Below are positions 36,001-57,186 of a DNA stretch of 64,000 nucleotides, piece after piece. The DNA comes from Trichosphaerium sp. ATCC 40318 (taxonomy: Eukaryota; Protista; Tubulinea). The stretch covers positions 1-64,000 of the forward strand of contig JALMLS010000572.1 in assembly GCA_038496445.1 (NCBI GenBank). Reading direction: 5' to 3'. Numbering within the stretch: position 1 is the stretch's first letter; each line of letters opens with the position of its first letter. The translations under genes were made by a program, and so were the position numbers. The notes below the pieces were generated by a model. That model worked only from the letters and a program-made list of their open reading frames with translations, was not told the origin of the DNA and ran no database searches.

Positions 36001-39000
36001 TTGATAGTCTCCGCATCGGCATCTTCCACGAGTACAAGCATAAGATCGACAATTGCGTCCTAAAATAAGAAACGTTAAAAAAAAACCTAAACAATAGAAT
36101 TATGAGAAAGTACTTTAAGTTCAATGTCAATAATAAACTCAGGCATGTCATTGACATGTGCCATTTCGAGAAGGGCAGTCTCAGATAAGTTTATTTTCGT
36201 AAGCATACGTAGTATACCAGAAAAGAGCTGACTCTTGGCGAGAATAGCCTGCAGGTGAAAAAAGATTATTAACTAGAAACAAAAAGAATTAACCACTTAC
36301 CTGGTTTGCTGGGCATCCGTTTGCAAAGTTACGTAGTGCTCTGAGGATTTGTACAGCAAGTTCGTGTACAGCTTCATGTGAAATGAAGGTTTCTATGGAT
36401 TTCAAGTACTGTACTGTAGAATGCAGCAAGTTATGAGCTGGATCTGACAGAAGTGTCTAAAAAAAAAATTGACTTAGAAAAAAAGTGCAAGGCTTGACTT
36501 AACGCTTACCTGGAATATTTTCTCGGGTGCTTTTTGGCTGTCTGTGCCCTTCTGAGAGAGCAGGTCAAGGATTTTATACAGTGCTAGAATACGATCACCA
36601 ACCAAGAACACAGCTTCATGAGCAATCTTGATTTCGTCATATTCTATACAAAAGTTGTTAGCAAACAAAACGATGTCTTTTTTCCTTCGTTTACCTGGTG
36701 TTTTGGGCTGAAGTTCAATTTCTTTATATCCATTCTTCTTATGCTTCTTTTTCATTTGATTATGAATATTCTCTGTAGTAGCGTCCAATACGTTAATACG
36801 CCTCTTTGATTTTGCAGTACGCAATGAGGTAGCAATAGCGCCAGCAGAATCGCTGTTGAAACAACGTTAGTAAGTCCTTAATCCTAAAGAAACGTACTTT
36901 TCGTCGTATGTGCCTACTCTTTCTCTTCCTCCAGCACGTAACAACTTTACTTTAGCTTCTCTAACGTAACCGCGTTCTTCGTCCAGTATTTTGTAGATGT
37001 CCACAAAAAATTGGCTGTAGCCGCTAGAAGTGAACAACAAGATGATGTTTTCCTATCGCATTAACGTAGTGAGCAATCTAAGCTTGTCTAGACAGATTTG
37101 TAGATTTGTACCTGGACGTATCTATTAGGTTCTGAACCTACGTTCTCACATCCATGGTCCTCTAGCATTGCAAGTAGCGTTGACAAGGCGGCAGCAAGAA
37201 GTTTACGGTTTTTAGTATTGAATAACGTTATGATCGCCATTGGTGCGCTGAATAGTACTAACTTCTTCTGTTTCTTTTCAATAACAGAGACGTTACTATC
37301 AGAAATGATCCATTGACGTAAAACACGTAAAAGAGATATACGAAGACTATCTTGGGTATATGATGTATCACTACAAACAATAGATTGTTAGAAACTAGCT
37401 TACGTTCATATCTTGTAAATTACCTCAAATGCTCGATTATGAGCTCAAGAAATGTCTGTTTTACTATCTCGCTAATCTCATGGTTGTCTTTGGATAGTAC
37501 TAACTGAGCAATATTCTTAGATACTTGCTGTTTGCTAAGAAAAAAAGGTGAATATTCTCGCACTTTAATGTTTTGAATGTTACTTACGTTTGTCTTTTCC
37601 AGTGTTCAAATGCAGCACTATCTTTCCAAGCAAATCTGTTCTTTTTGGTATTGGATTTATCGACAATATTAATATGCTTCAGTATAATCTCCTAAACCAA
37701 CGTCAACCACAGTCGACTAACAAGTTTTTTTCCACTAATTTTCTTCTTTTTTCTTTTCAGTTTTCTAACATTTCCGTACGTTGTCATTATCTAGTAGCGT
37801 TACACCAGAATCTTTTAGAGCTTGGATAGTGATAATTATATTATTCATTAGATATGTATCCTTTTTGTTTGTCTCGCATTGTTTGAGTCTATGAAGGCTC
37901 TCAAGCAACGTCGTTGATATCTCTTTCTCCTCACTTAAAAACAAATCAGTCACAGTCGGTTTTTGTGAAAAGAATAGAAGGGTGGAAAGGATGAATGACC
38001 GTACCCAAGTGTAGGCTTGAAGAAGCGAGAAAAGAATCCACGCAGAAAAGGTAGAATTACATTATATACACAGTCTTTAAATGCCTCTGGTGTTTTACTA
38101 CGTATTGTTAGCTCTTAACAAATCAACAGTACTATCTTACGAGAATTCTGATGCGTATAAATTGAGATCAGTGTTAAATCGCTTCATTAGCTTCCAGAGC
38201 TTGGGGTTGAATTGGAGCAATAGAACGTCAGGCATAACTTGAACTGAGCTTTCGGTATGGAAGTAAACCTAGGGTTGACAATGAGCACCAGAAAGAAATT
38301 GCACGTTTTATAAGTACCTCATCTATAAAGTGTGCATACGCTGCACGTACAGCAAATCCATTACCAGATAAATTGGTGCACGCATGTGTAAGAGCATCAT
38401 TGACTAGTACAGCATTCAGCATGATTTGACGTACTAAAGTGTAAGTACCTGGTAATAAGTTTTGACAAAGAACTTCAGTGAAGTAATTCTTTCCTCTTGC
38501 TGTTATAGCCAAAGCTCTGACAAACAGAGCTTGACGTAGAGCTTCACTGTCAACTTTCTCATCAAGTGCATATGTCCAGTCACTAAAATTAGATTTAATT
38601 ACAACGAAGTAAGAAAGCAAGGCGTACACTGGTTCCTTAGGCTTTACAATTAGTTCGACCTCTTCTTTTCCTTTTTTTTTTCGCCTCTTCTTCTTCTTTC
38701 TTGAAGACAAAGCTAAACACAAAAGTTATATACATTGCTAATAGTGTATATGTTGGCATGCTTACGTGGTTTCTCTGGAGCACTATCCGCATCTATGAGT
38801 TTTCCTTGTTCTGTTGGTATGTATACGAAGATTTGTTTCATATCCTTATGCTCCATCATTAATTTCAGTATTGACAACTGATGCTCTTTCAAAATCTTTC
38901 GACGGTTTGGATTGATAATAATCTACCAGAGAGAGTAAGCAAATTATATAGTTTTGATGAGTTTCTAACCTCGAAAAGATCCACTACTAGACCCGTGGAC

Positions 39001-42000
39001 TGGTTCTTACATAAGCACATAACAAATGGCGCCAAGTGTTTCTCAGTGAGGCACTCACATAGCTCAACATTTTCTCTAAACATTTCTATAAATAGTTCCA
39101 ACATTGGGACGCATAGATCCTGTAATAATGTTAATTAGTTTGAATTGAACGTAATCTATGCCTACTGGATTTTCCATATAACGAGTGAATTTACTAAGGA
39201 GAAATGGCATCGAACGGAAGAGATCTTTTTGGTTGTTGGCATTATTAGTACAAAACTAAAAAAGACTTAGAAAGGGGCTGAAGGGAGTGTTGTACATGTC
39301 TTAATAAAGTAATAGCGCTAGCCATTATATCTGTCGTTACATTATCCTTACTACACTTATCGCTAATTTGAAGGGGTCGCTTTATGAGGTTTAGAATTTC
39401 ACCATGAGCGCCAAGGTAAAACAATGTCTTTTTGTATATGTTGTCGCCTAAAAAAAAAATTGATTAATGATTATCGACTTTCTTTTCAACCTTACCAAGT
39501 CCACGGCGTAGGGTAGACCCGCCTATACATATACGATAGATACAGATATATAATAAGGAAAAATACAGAATATGTTACTTCAAAAAACACTTGACAACTA
39601 AAAGCGAGAAAATATTAAGAATGTACCTTCACACCAGCATGATAGTTTGTAAAGTGCTTCTAGGACTTGTTCAAAACTTTCATCGTCTAGCGGCTTTGCT
39701 GTAAGTATTTCTAGTAGAAGTATTTGTTCTTCAATTTTCGTCTTCGTCCTGACTTGAGCATTGTTAACAAGGATTTGAAGTCTTCCAATCTCTTGCAAAA
39801 TAGATGCTTGCTTCCTTATTTAAGTATTAGCAGAACAATCACAAAAAGGGTATTTAATCAAAAAACGTACGAACTAAAAGTGAGAACACGCTTTAAAAGT
39901 GCCATTCCATTAGCGCTTAACTCAGGATTTTTGTGTCTAGAAGAGATATTAGGTTTGATGTCGTATTGAAAAGTGTATCTCGTACTTTAGTAAATCAAAC
40001 AATACTCTCCAACCATCATCAGAAACGAGGTCTGCTTCATTAAATTCTTCCAGAAGGCCTAGTTGATTTTTAGAGACTGTATGAATTAGCTCAAGGCTTA
40101 CTGTTTTGTAAGGTAGCTTTGGTTGCCTCTTCTGTCTTAACTAATGACTTGAAACCCTCTGTTTGCATGTATTTATCAAAACGTAAGTTAAAGAATAAAT
40201 CAAAAATTCGATTCAACATAACAATCACTTCGAGCTTGATTTGCTAGAAAAAAGTGTCAGGCGGCACTGTACTATGATGATTCCCAACGAACTTACGACA
40301 AGAATTTGTTCATTCTCTGCTGAGAGTGTACGAGGATTGCCCATGTGATCTACAGGCAAACAGTTAAACTAAAATAGATATACAATTTTGAAATAAAAAC
40401 GTGCCTTCATTTGGCTGAATCTCTAGGATTTTCTTTAGCCTTGGTAGTACCACGCGCTCCTTTTTCTTAAATACCCCAAAGCTTAAAGAATATCTCAACA
40501 TTACAAATACCTACGAAAGCGTACTGTAAGGACGAAGAACAAGAAGTAAAAATACAGGTTTTTTGTTGAAAGAAAAGTTCTCGTTGTGAAGAGCTGAACC
40601 AGTAGATCAAGAAGTAAATTCTGACTGGAAATGGAACGTACGCGAAGGAGAAATACTGGCTGATTTGTAGCGACTTGACGGTTATCAAATCTGAAATTTA
40701 CTTCATCGAATACATATGATAGTAAAAACTCTTGAACATTTGAAGGTTTTGGAATTCTCTTGATCTCATCTTTAGAGTGCATTTCTTCCTCAAGATAAGC
40801 CCATTTACCACCGCTGTAATTTGCAACACCCAGTTTTTGATGTGCTTTCTTGGACGACTACAACAATGATTAACTTTGTACACAAAGAATATCTAAAAGC
40901 AAAAGAATGTTTTCAACTTTTTTCTTCTACGTACATATACACGCTGTAGTTGTGTTTCTCTTTGTGATTGAGGTGACCTATCAAGCTCTGTATATAGTAT
41001 AAAGTTGCAAAAAGCGGCACGGAATGCCGCTGGTATGTGAGGATCACATAACGCTGAAAAAGCTTGAGCAAATGTCATGCCTATCTTTTTAACAAGCAAG
41101 ATGCCCTTGTAGTTTCGTCCCTAAACTTTAGTGAGTAATTGTTGCATAAATAAAACATTTATTACTGCAACGTACCTCACATATATTACCGTATAGTTTC
41201 AAGAGTTCTAGAAAGTATTCACCTTTATCTTTATTTTTACCTTCTAGCCATCTATTTGTGAAATGACGAAGTGTTATGGCTTTCTGAGTCTTTCTATTGA
41301 CCACCATTACTTCTTTGTCGTGCTAAATATTAACATTAGATTGATAGAGTGTAGGAAAAGAAAAGAAGAGGAGCGTTGAGGGTAGTGGTTACCTTTGTTC
41401 GGACAAGTAATTGCGGATTTTCTAACAAACAATCTCCAATAATTTGTTGGTTTTCATGAAGTACTGTATCTCTATAACAAAAGTTTGTACAAATAGATTC
41501 GTCGTGTCAGCATAATTATACATACCCACTTTTACAAAATAGGCTTAGTAACTGTAACCATTCATGACTAGAGGTAGAATCAAGTAGTTTGAATACATGT
41601 TGTATTTCTTCTCTTGTAATATTATTCAACAAAAACGTGTTGTCTCGGTACATTTCAACAAAAATACGTGAGTACTCAACTTGCTTGTAGTATGAGAACT
41701 AAACAACATAAGATAATCACATTAAAGGATACAGAAATGAGTATACGTACAGCACGACCGCTCAAACCGATAAAGCTATCAAACTTTAAATGGTTTGATA
41801 ACAATTTGCCGTTTTTGTGGTTTTCCGCTACTATGAACCGCAAAAGTCTTGATGCAAGCACAGTCAATTCAATCTGTTGTCTCTCCCCAACAAGCAAAAG
41901 TTTAACAAGTGTACGCAGAATCTAAGGATATTTAACAACAGCGACTATAATTCTTTGATTTTAGCACCTTTGATTTTCCAAAAATATTTTGATGAGATAC

Positions 42001-44345
42001 AATAGGTATGCCTGCACGTTGGTAAATATTGGTTTCGTTCGATAGTGTAGCGAATGTTATTAAACTACTAATTGCTTCTAACATATCTGACGCCTTATAT
42101 TTTGACTTGGGCTAAAAAAGAACGTAAACACAAAAAACCAAGAAAAAGAACCAAGTTATTTTGTACGTTTTCAAGGAAGTCTGCCAGCTTATCAATACGT
42201 AACATTACAAAGTTGTAATCATCAATTTGGTACGTTGGGATTATGCCAACGGTGAACCAATCCTTAATGTTGAACTTGCTTGTAGCAAACATTTCAAAGT
42301 CACGTTTCCCTTTAATTTGAGTAGAATATCCAAGTGTACTCTCGGTATGAACCCATTTCTTGCTAAACACAAATCAGGTTAAGAAAAACAACTACCCTTG
42401 GAACTTACCTAGCTGATTGTAGAAGAAACTTTGATCCATACGGTATAGCTTCTTCAGAGTGCTCCTTATCCTAGAAGACAAAATTAATTCAACAGAATTT
42501 TTTGACTTTAACTCATTGAAATGCGAAAAAGAACTTGCACTTAGTACACTTCTTGTCGTTCAACTACTACTTTTTCTTCCAATAAAGAAACACCTCACGT
42601 TTTACTCTTATTTTCCTCAAAGGGTAAAAAAGTGAAGAAGTTTGACGATTTAGAGTGTACTAAGTTGTGACAAGATTGTGAAGAAAAGAAAACCGAAGAA
42701 ATTACCTTGTGATCAAAAGGCATCAACGAAAATGTCGATAATGGCCCAGTTGATTTCTCTGAAAGTATCAAAGCAGCACTACCATTAACAAGCTTTGTAC
42801 TTGGCGCTTCGCTCAAGCTAAGATACTTTGAGGTTCCGAAAAGCCTCAGAGTAACTCTGGTGCTCCATGTTATTTCAGTTTCACCAATAACATCATCTAC
42901 AACAGCAGGAACAACAGGAGCGACCAGAGCGGCTTCGCTATCATCAGCATCTGTTTTAGTCTCGGGATCCTCTTCGTTTTTTGGTTTCTTTGTTTTAGCG
43001 CTGGAAATAACCCACAGCGCTTTATAAGGTAGATGTTGTTCCTTGGAATAACTCTTACATCTTACAACGTCTTTGTCTTCCATACCACAGACATTGCCTT
43101 TTTTAACACAAAAATCAGAATTGTCACGAAAGAAGCGTTGATCAGTTTATAAGCACATACCTACGACATTATGTGATAGTTGTAATAGGCTGCCTTCCTT
43201 AAGAACAGCTCTATATCCCTCTCCTAAGGATAATAAGCGAATAAACGTAAAATAAAGATGAAGAGTTACCCAAGTCGGAGTGAACTATACACCATGGTGT
43301 AAATGCCCTAGAAAGATCAACCTAACACGAAATTTCAGCATAAAACAGTCTTTTTAAAATTTTGAAACTGCGTACCTCGTAGTTTGTATTCTCGTCTAGA
43401 TCTTTGGTTTGATGCAAGAAATAACCAGATTTAACATGTTCTAGGCGTATTCTATCTCCTACGAGCACCTATAATAGATTCTTCGTTAAAAAACAATGTT
43501 TCGAAATAAAGAAAAAAAAAAGCCGAAGTATTGTACCCTTGAGCCTTCATTTCGGCTATCATTATGTGGAAGTACTTTAAACCAACAACTCTTTCCAGCC
43601 TAAACCATCCACAGTTAGTTATTTCGGGATATTAAACCTCCTTTTTCATTTTTAGTCAGACGACTTTACCTCTTTTTGCATTATACATTCTGTATCCTCA
43701 TGTGAAGCTAGATACCTACTGGTTCTTTGGTGTAGTAACTATAACTCTGTAAGGGCTTTTGGGTAACAACTTGGCAATTTGACAAAAACCAAAAATGGAC
43801 CACTGCAGGTGTGTTTTAATGCCTCCGACGCGTTTATTGAGGTTGAGAACGCCAGTATTTGCTTTTTTATTATGTACGAGACTAATAAAAAACTACGGCG
43901 CGATAGTCCGATAAAAATAATGGAGCGTACCTGTATCGTTTGGCCATAGATTATAGGCTTGCCGTTGAGTTGAGACTGTAACGTTTCGTCAGTTTCGCGC
44001 TGAATTTGCTTTTGAACCTATGTTACGCTATTAGATGCGCAGAGTAGTGGTTTGGTACTTGTTCGTCGCGTTTCTTTTTTTTGCCTCTGGCAGAATCAAC
44101 CTGCGTTATTACAGCAATTTTAAATATGCAATCTACAGTGGTTGTGATGTTAAGGAGAAATAATAGCGGTGTTTCTGCCAACCTTTGTCCTTTAGCGTTT
44201 TAACGATACAACTGTCCTCCATAATATGCTTGGAGCTAATAAACCCATCGTCCACTTCCTCTTTTGAAAGTAACAGCACCAGTTCACCTGTTTTTAAATA
44301 TTTCGCTTCCTCTTTTGCGCCCCCAGCGGGCAATCTGCGCTCCAT
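33027..44345 (-). CDS. ITPR: Inositol 1,4,5-trisphosphate receptor-family Ca2+ channel
   Basis: N-terminal YLKTGELVLL...DGFISS, MIR-type segments, RIH-type segments, transmembrane region IILNVILATIVDTFG, CFICSLDRDTFQQ and HINEQHYRLYYLYFFVYM. Confidence 0.92.
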
Positions 44346-44793
44346 GAATATTGATCAGTTGTCCATAACACGAGCGAATTTTTACATGACACTTAACGCG
44401 TCTTCAATAAGTCGTCTCATTTCGTTACAATTTTAAACCATCACACGTACTTAGGCTTCAAGCAGTACTAAGAAAATAGGTACATAGCTGATATCACTCC
44501 TTCAAATAGTTTTAAACAGTAAAAATCGCCAATTGTGGTAAACACAAGCAAGTTTCAGATATTTGACACCATATTGGGGGTTAGGTTAAAATACCATAAA
44601 ACAACCTTTCGTTTTTAGTAAATGTGTTTGGCTTGACGTGTACTTCACTTATGGCTAAATCAAGGAAGCTTGATTAAGTTTTTTGATCGGAAAAACTAAC
44701 TTTCTCATTAAATTTGTTGCAACTCGACTTGGCAAATAGAACAACTGCGTAAATACGTAAAATAGTAAGCAAATCGTTTTTTCAGTAGCAATA

Positions 44794-47478
44794 ATGGCGG
44801 AACAACACTATGATCTTTTTCGCGTTTGTTTACGCACTTTTTGATCTATACAATGCGTATTATGTGTACATAACTCATACAATCACTTCTACTTGAACAA
44901 CTCCTACAACTCATAGTTACGAGATATAGGCATGCAATACTGCAATTAACGAAGAATAACAACTCATATATCGCCATATCGATAAATAATCAATAATGCT
45001 AAGTAACGTCAGGTGCGCATAAAAACTACCCAAACAAACAATAGGACAAAAACGGAGAAGTACTGCAAACTCACTCCAACTTAGAAGCTTTTTTCAGACA
45101 TTTCAAATTGACCTGACAAACAAAGTAACTCGTGCTTTTGCATTAGTAGTAGTTGTATTTTTTGGAAGTACAACATGTGGTATACTATTTGGATGGGCTT
45201 CTATGCAACTCGGTATGTTTTTCGGGATGTCACGTTATTATAAAATTGTTTATCCAATAAATCATTCGCAGAAAACTAACACTTTTTTTAAACAGTTTAC
45301 AAAAGTGAAGGCGTATATTTATCTCTATGCCCTGCCCCTGAAGCAACAAACAGCACATTATCGCCTCTTAATACAACAGCTATAAATGGCACCGACACAT
45401 CTACAGGAGTACGTGATTCTTGCTCCTAGAAGTGACGTGAACGAGTCATAATTGTTAACTTGTTTTTTAGTGTGAGGAACAAGAATTACGTCTCAACCTT
45501 GTATTTACTATAAGCACGTCGGTACTTTTATTAATGAATGTACCGCTTGGTTACGTAGTAGACTACATTGGACCTCGTTTAACTTCCCTACTTGGATTTA
45601 TAGGCCTTATTTTTAGCTCTATACTAATTGCATTCGGAAGTCCAAGTACGGCCTCTATTTCTACTGTTATCATAGTAATATCTTGCTAGGCTTTGACTCT
45701 TATATTCCTGGATTTATATTTCTCTCTATTTCAGGATTTGCTGTCTACCAAGGGTTCTTGAAACTAAGGAAAGTTTTGAGTTTATTGTCTTCAAAAAACA
45801 AAATCTTTACGTCCTTGCTAACTATTTTTGTAGTGATGCTTTTCAGGGTTGGAAGGTCATAACGTTATCTGTTGTTAGTACTAGTTTTGATGCTAGTTCA
45901 GGTGTTTTTCTAATATTTTGGGTAAGTGAAAATCGAAGCTTTTTTTTGTACCAGTAAGCTTATACAAGTATGTTAGTACACACATCGTGAAGGAGGTGTT
46001 TCAAGCCAGGATTTACTATTGTACTACCTACTTATACCATTCTTGGGTGTTATTTGGATATTCTTTTGGCCAACTGGTGTAGAATCTGACGAACCCAGAA
46101 AAATACAAGTACGTATTACACTGGTTTATTGCTTTTTTTTTTCCCATCAATTTGGCTATACATTGAACACCAATACAATGATATTTCTATTGGTATTTCT
46201 GTGGCCATACACCAAATAAAGGCGCGAACTGGCGGCAATGGCAACACAGATATGTGTCATTGTAAAAGAGTTTGCGCCACATGTTTTTTATTTGAAAAAT
46301 CAAATTTTTTTTTTCAAATCAATCTTTGTTCTTCTTATCAACCCCTCGCAAGTTTTGTGCTCAGTTTGATTATATCTCGGATAAGTGTAATACGATTAAC
46401 AAACATCAATAGAAATTAAAGAGTCAACGTAGGCTTGACCTAGTAAAAAGTGAAAAAAGCACAGACAGCAAAACAGTATATCGACCTTATGAGACGCTGT
46501 CTTTCTGGAAACAAATGATGACAGCAGAGTATATATTCCTTCAGATTTATATGGCTTTTTTCCTTCTTTGGTTGAACGCTATGTTTCCATTAGTACAAGC
46601 AAGAGCGGAAGAGATTGTTGGTGAAGAAAGAGGTACTGTAACAAAAGTTCTGCTGTTTAAACCACTTGTGAATACTAAGTGACACATTTAGCTATATTTA
46701 TGGTAGAAATATTTAGCATACTCCAACCAGCTAGTTTTATATTTGCACCACTCTTTGGTATGTGCTACACCTCGTACTTTTTTCTTGTTATTTTCTTCTT
46801 TCTTCTTCCACTTTTTTGAGCTTCTCGAGCTCATTCTTTTTCATTCGATATTTTGGGTTTCACATTATTCTAAGCCCGAAAAAGAACATATTTACGGCTG
46901 TATAAGAGTTGCCAAACACATTTCAGAGACTGACTAAGATTGACAAAGACTTACTTTTTTTTTGTATTTAGCGCTTTTTAATGAGAAGATCCATTATAGA
47001 TGGCACTTTACAATTGTTCATTTGTTGTTCCTTATATTCTCGGGCCTACTTTTCATTCCATATGAAGCACCTCAATATGCTGCATACGTTGTATTCTCAA
47101 CAATACGAATGTACTTCTTTGGTGTTCTTGCAAACTTTATAAGTAAAGTTTTTGGTTTCCGCAACTTTGGTCGTCTTTATGGTGTTCTAGGATCCATTAA
47201 CGGTACGATTCTTATACTATAACAATACATTACTCTTCTGACTATCGTTTTCAGGTATTGTATCTTTCCTAATCTATGGTGTATCAGCATTAGCGCTTAA
47301 TACTTTTCAAGGAGAATTTTTAGTTGTTAATATTATACAAGTTGTTTGTATTTCTTTGCTATCTTTCTTTCCTATTTTTCTTTTCACTGCCGCACATAGT
47401 AAAACAATGGACCCAAAATATGCAGGTTCAAAGAAGGGTTTTGTAGTATCAGTCAAAAACTTACTTGGAGGTGACTAA
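44794..47478 (+). CDS. MFS transporter, SLC43/FMP42-like (start uncertain)
   Basis: GILFGWASMQL, SEGVYLSLC, CEEQELRLNLVFTI, GYVVDYIGPR and KVFGFRNFGRLYG. Confidence 0.8.
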
Positions 47479-47518
47479 TGTACATACAAAAAAGTAAATA
47501 AAAATAACTCTAATTGGA

Positions 47519-55629
<8,111 letters not shown>

Positions 55630-57186
55630 GGTCTATACGTGTTTGGACATATAAACAAAAACTGGGCAAAGTCAGGATTCAGTCAGAGCTCTCACTACAA
55701 GTCGTAGCGCCTTTTGAGGAATAGAACCCTCCCGTTACGTCATTGCGCGCAGGAGTTGCTGCCCAACAATACGGATATTTATGTAAACAAAAACAGCGTA
55801 TGTGTCACCCGAACTTGAAACCTTGTCTTTGGCTACTCAAGCGTGCTTGTAGATATTAAGATACAGAAGTAATTGCTTTTTAAACTCTCGTTAGAACCGA
55901 AACGTTTAGAACTAATATCATACGCGAAAATAGGTGTATTAGCGCACTGTTGAGCGGTTTTACGAGCTTCACGGTTTTGACTAAAACTCGTTGTGATGGT
56001 CTGCCTTTGGTTTGTGTGGCTCTTAATCGGTACCAATTTCGCTTCTGAACCAATTGCCTGCCCTTGGCTTCGATTTATATAATACTACATGGTTTTCGGT
56101 CAGATGGTGATTGGTCAGATCATCACCAAACACGTTCGCATGAAACGACACTCTAATACCTGAAAAGGAAAAAAACAGTTCATTTCACAAGTTCGTATCG
56201 TCGTTTTCTACTTTTTCAAAACATCTCTTTCAAAAATACCCTTTCATTGCAAAAAGAAAGTAACGGGCCATTGGCGCCTGTAAACTGATAGGCCAATCCA
56301 AATTGAATAATACCAAGTTGACTAAATACAAGCGGAAAAACGCTTTCACAATACTTTTTGCTAACCAAAAGATCGCTGATACTGTCCTCGCATGCGTAGA
56401 TAGCTACCACAAGGGTTTGCGAGCGTTTTGAAATGTGCATTATCCATTTTTTGAGTACTAAAAAGGATATTTCGGTGAAGTGCATCCCACAATTTATTTC
56501 TTGGATGTTTGTACGTGTATAAAAGTCGCATCAACTTCCTAACTATCGATGAGCAATCATCTGCCTACCGTTACCTCACGTTAACCAAACGTTCTGAGTA
56601 AAGCTGTTGCGGTTTGGCCACGCAACGGGCTCAAAGTTGCGCTGTTACCTTGTTAGGGTATAAGATTGGTTGGATAGTAATGTAAACCCGATTGCAGCGG
56701 GCATTGTAGAATGCATAATGACTTTGAGCTGATGATGAGGCGTTCCGTAACAAAGGACTTCCAGCCCTCACTAATATTTTTGCAGAAATGATGTTAGACA
56801 CTTGAAGCTTACGGCCGTAGACTGTAATTCTATCAACAAATAAACTTGTACTTTTTGGTGTTCATTAGCTGTAACAGATTGGAGGCTGGAGCTTGTACTT
56901 TTGTGTTGGAAAATGCACGTTGTGCACGTTTTGAATGCTCCTGATTGCTGCAACAGTAGCACTTCCGTTGTCCAACTACCTTAGAAATTGAAAGCAAAGA
57001 AATGCTTTCGGGTGGTGATTGCAACATTCATAGAAATCTAGTTTCAGCTTAATTGTCGTTTGAAACTTCTTGCTGCTTACAGGATCCAATCACCTTGTAC
57101 ATATAAATACAGCGTTTTTTTGGCACTTATAATTTATAATACAATTTTCTTTGTTGTCTTAGTTTTTTCTTTTCTTTTTTTTCGCT

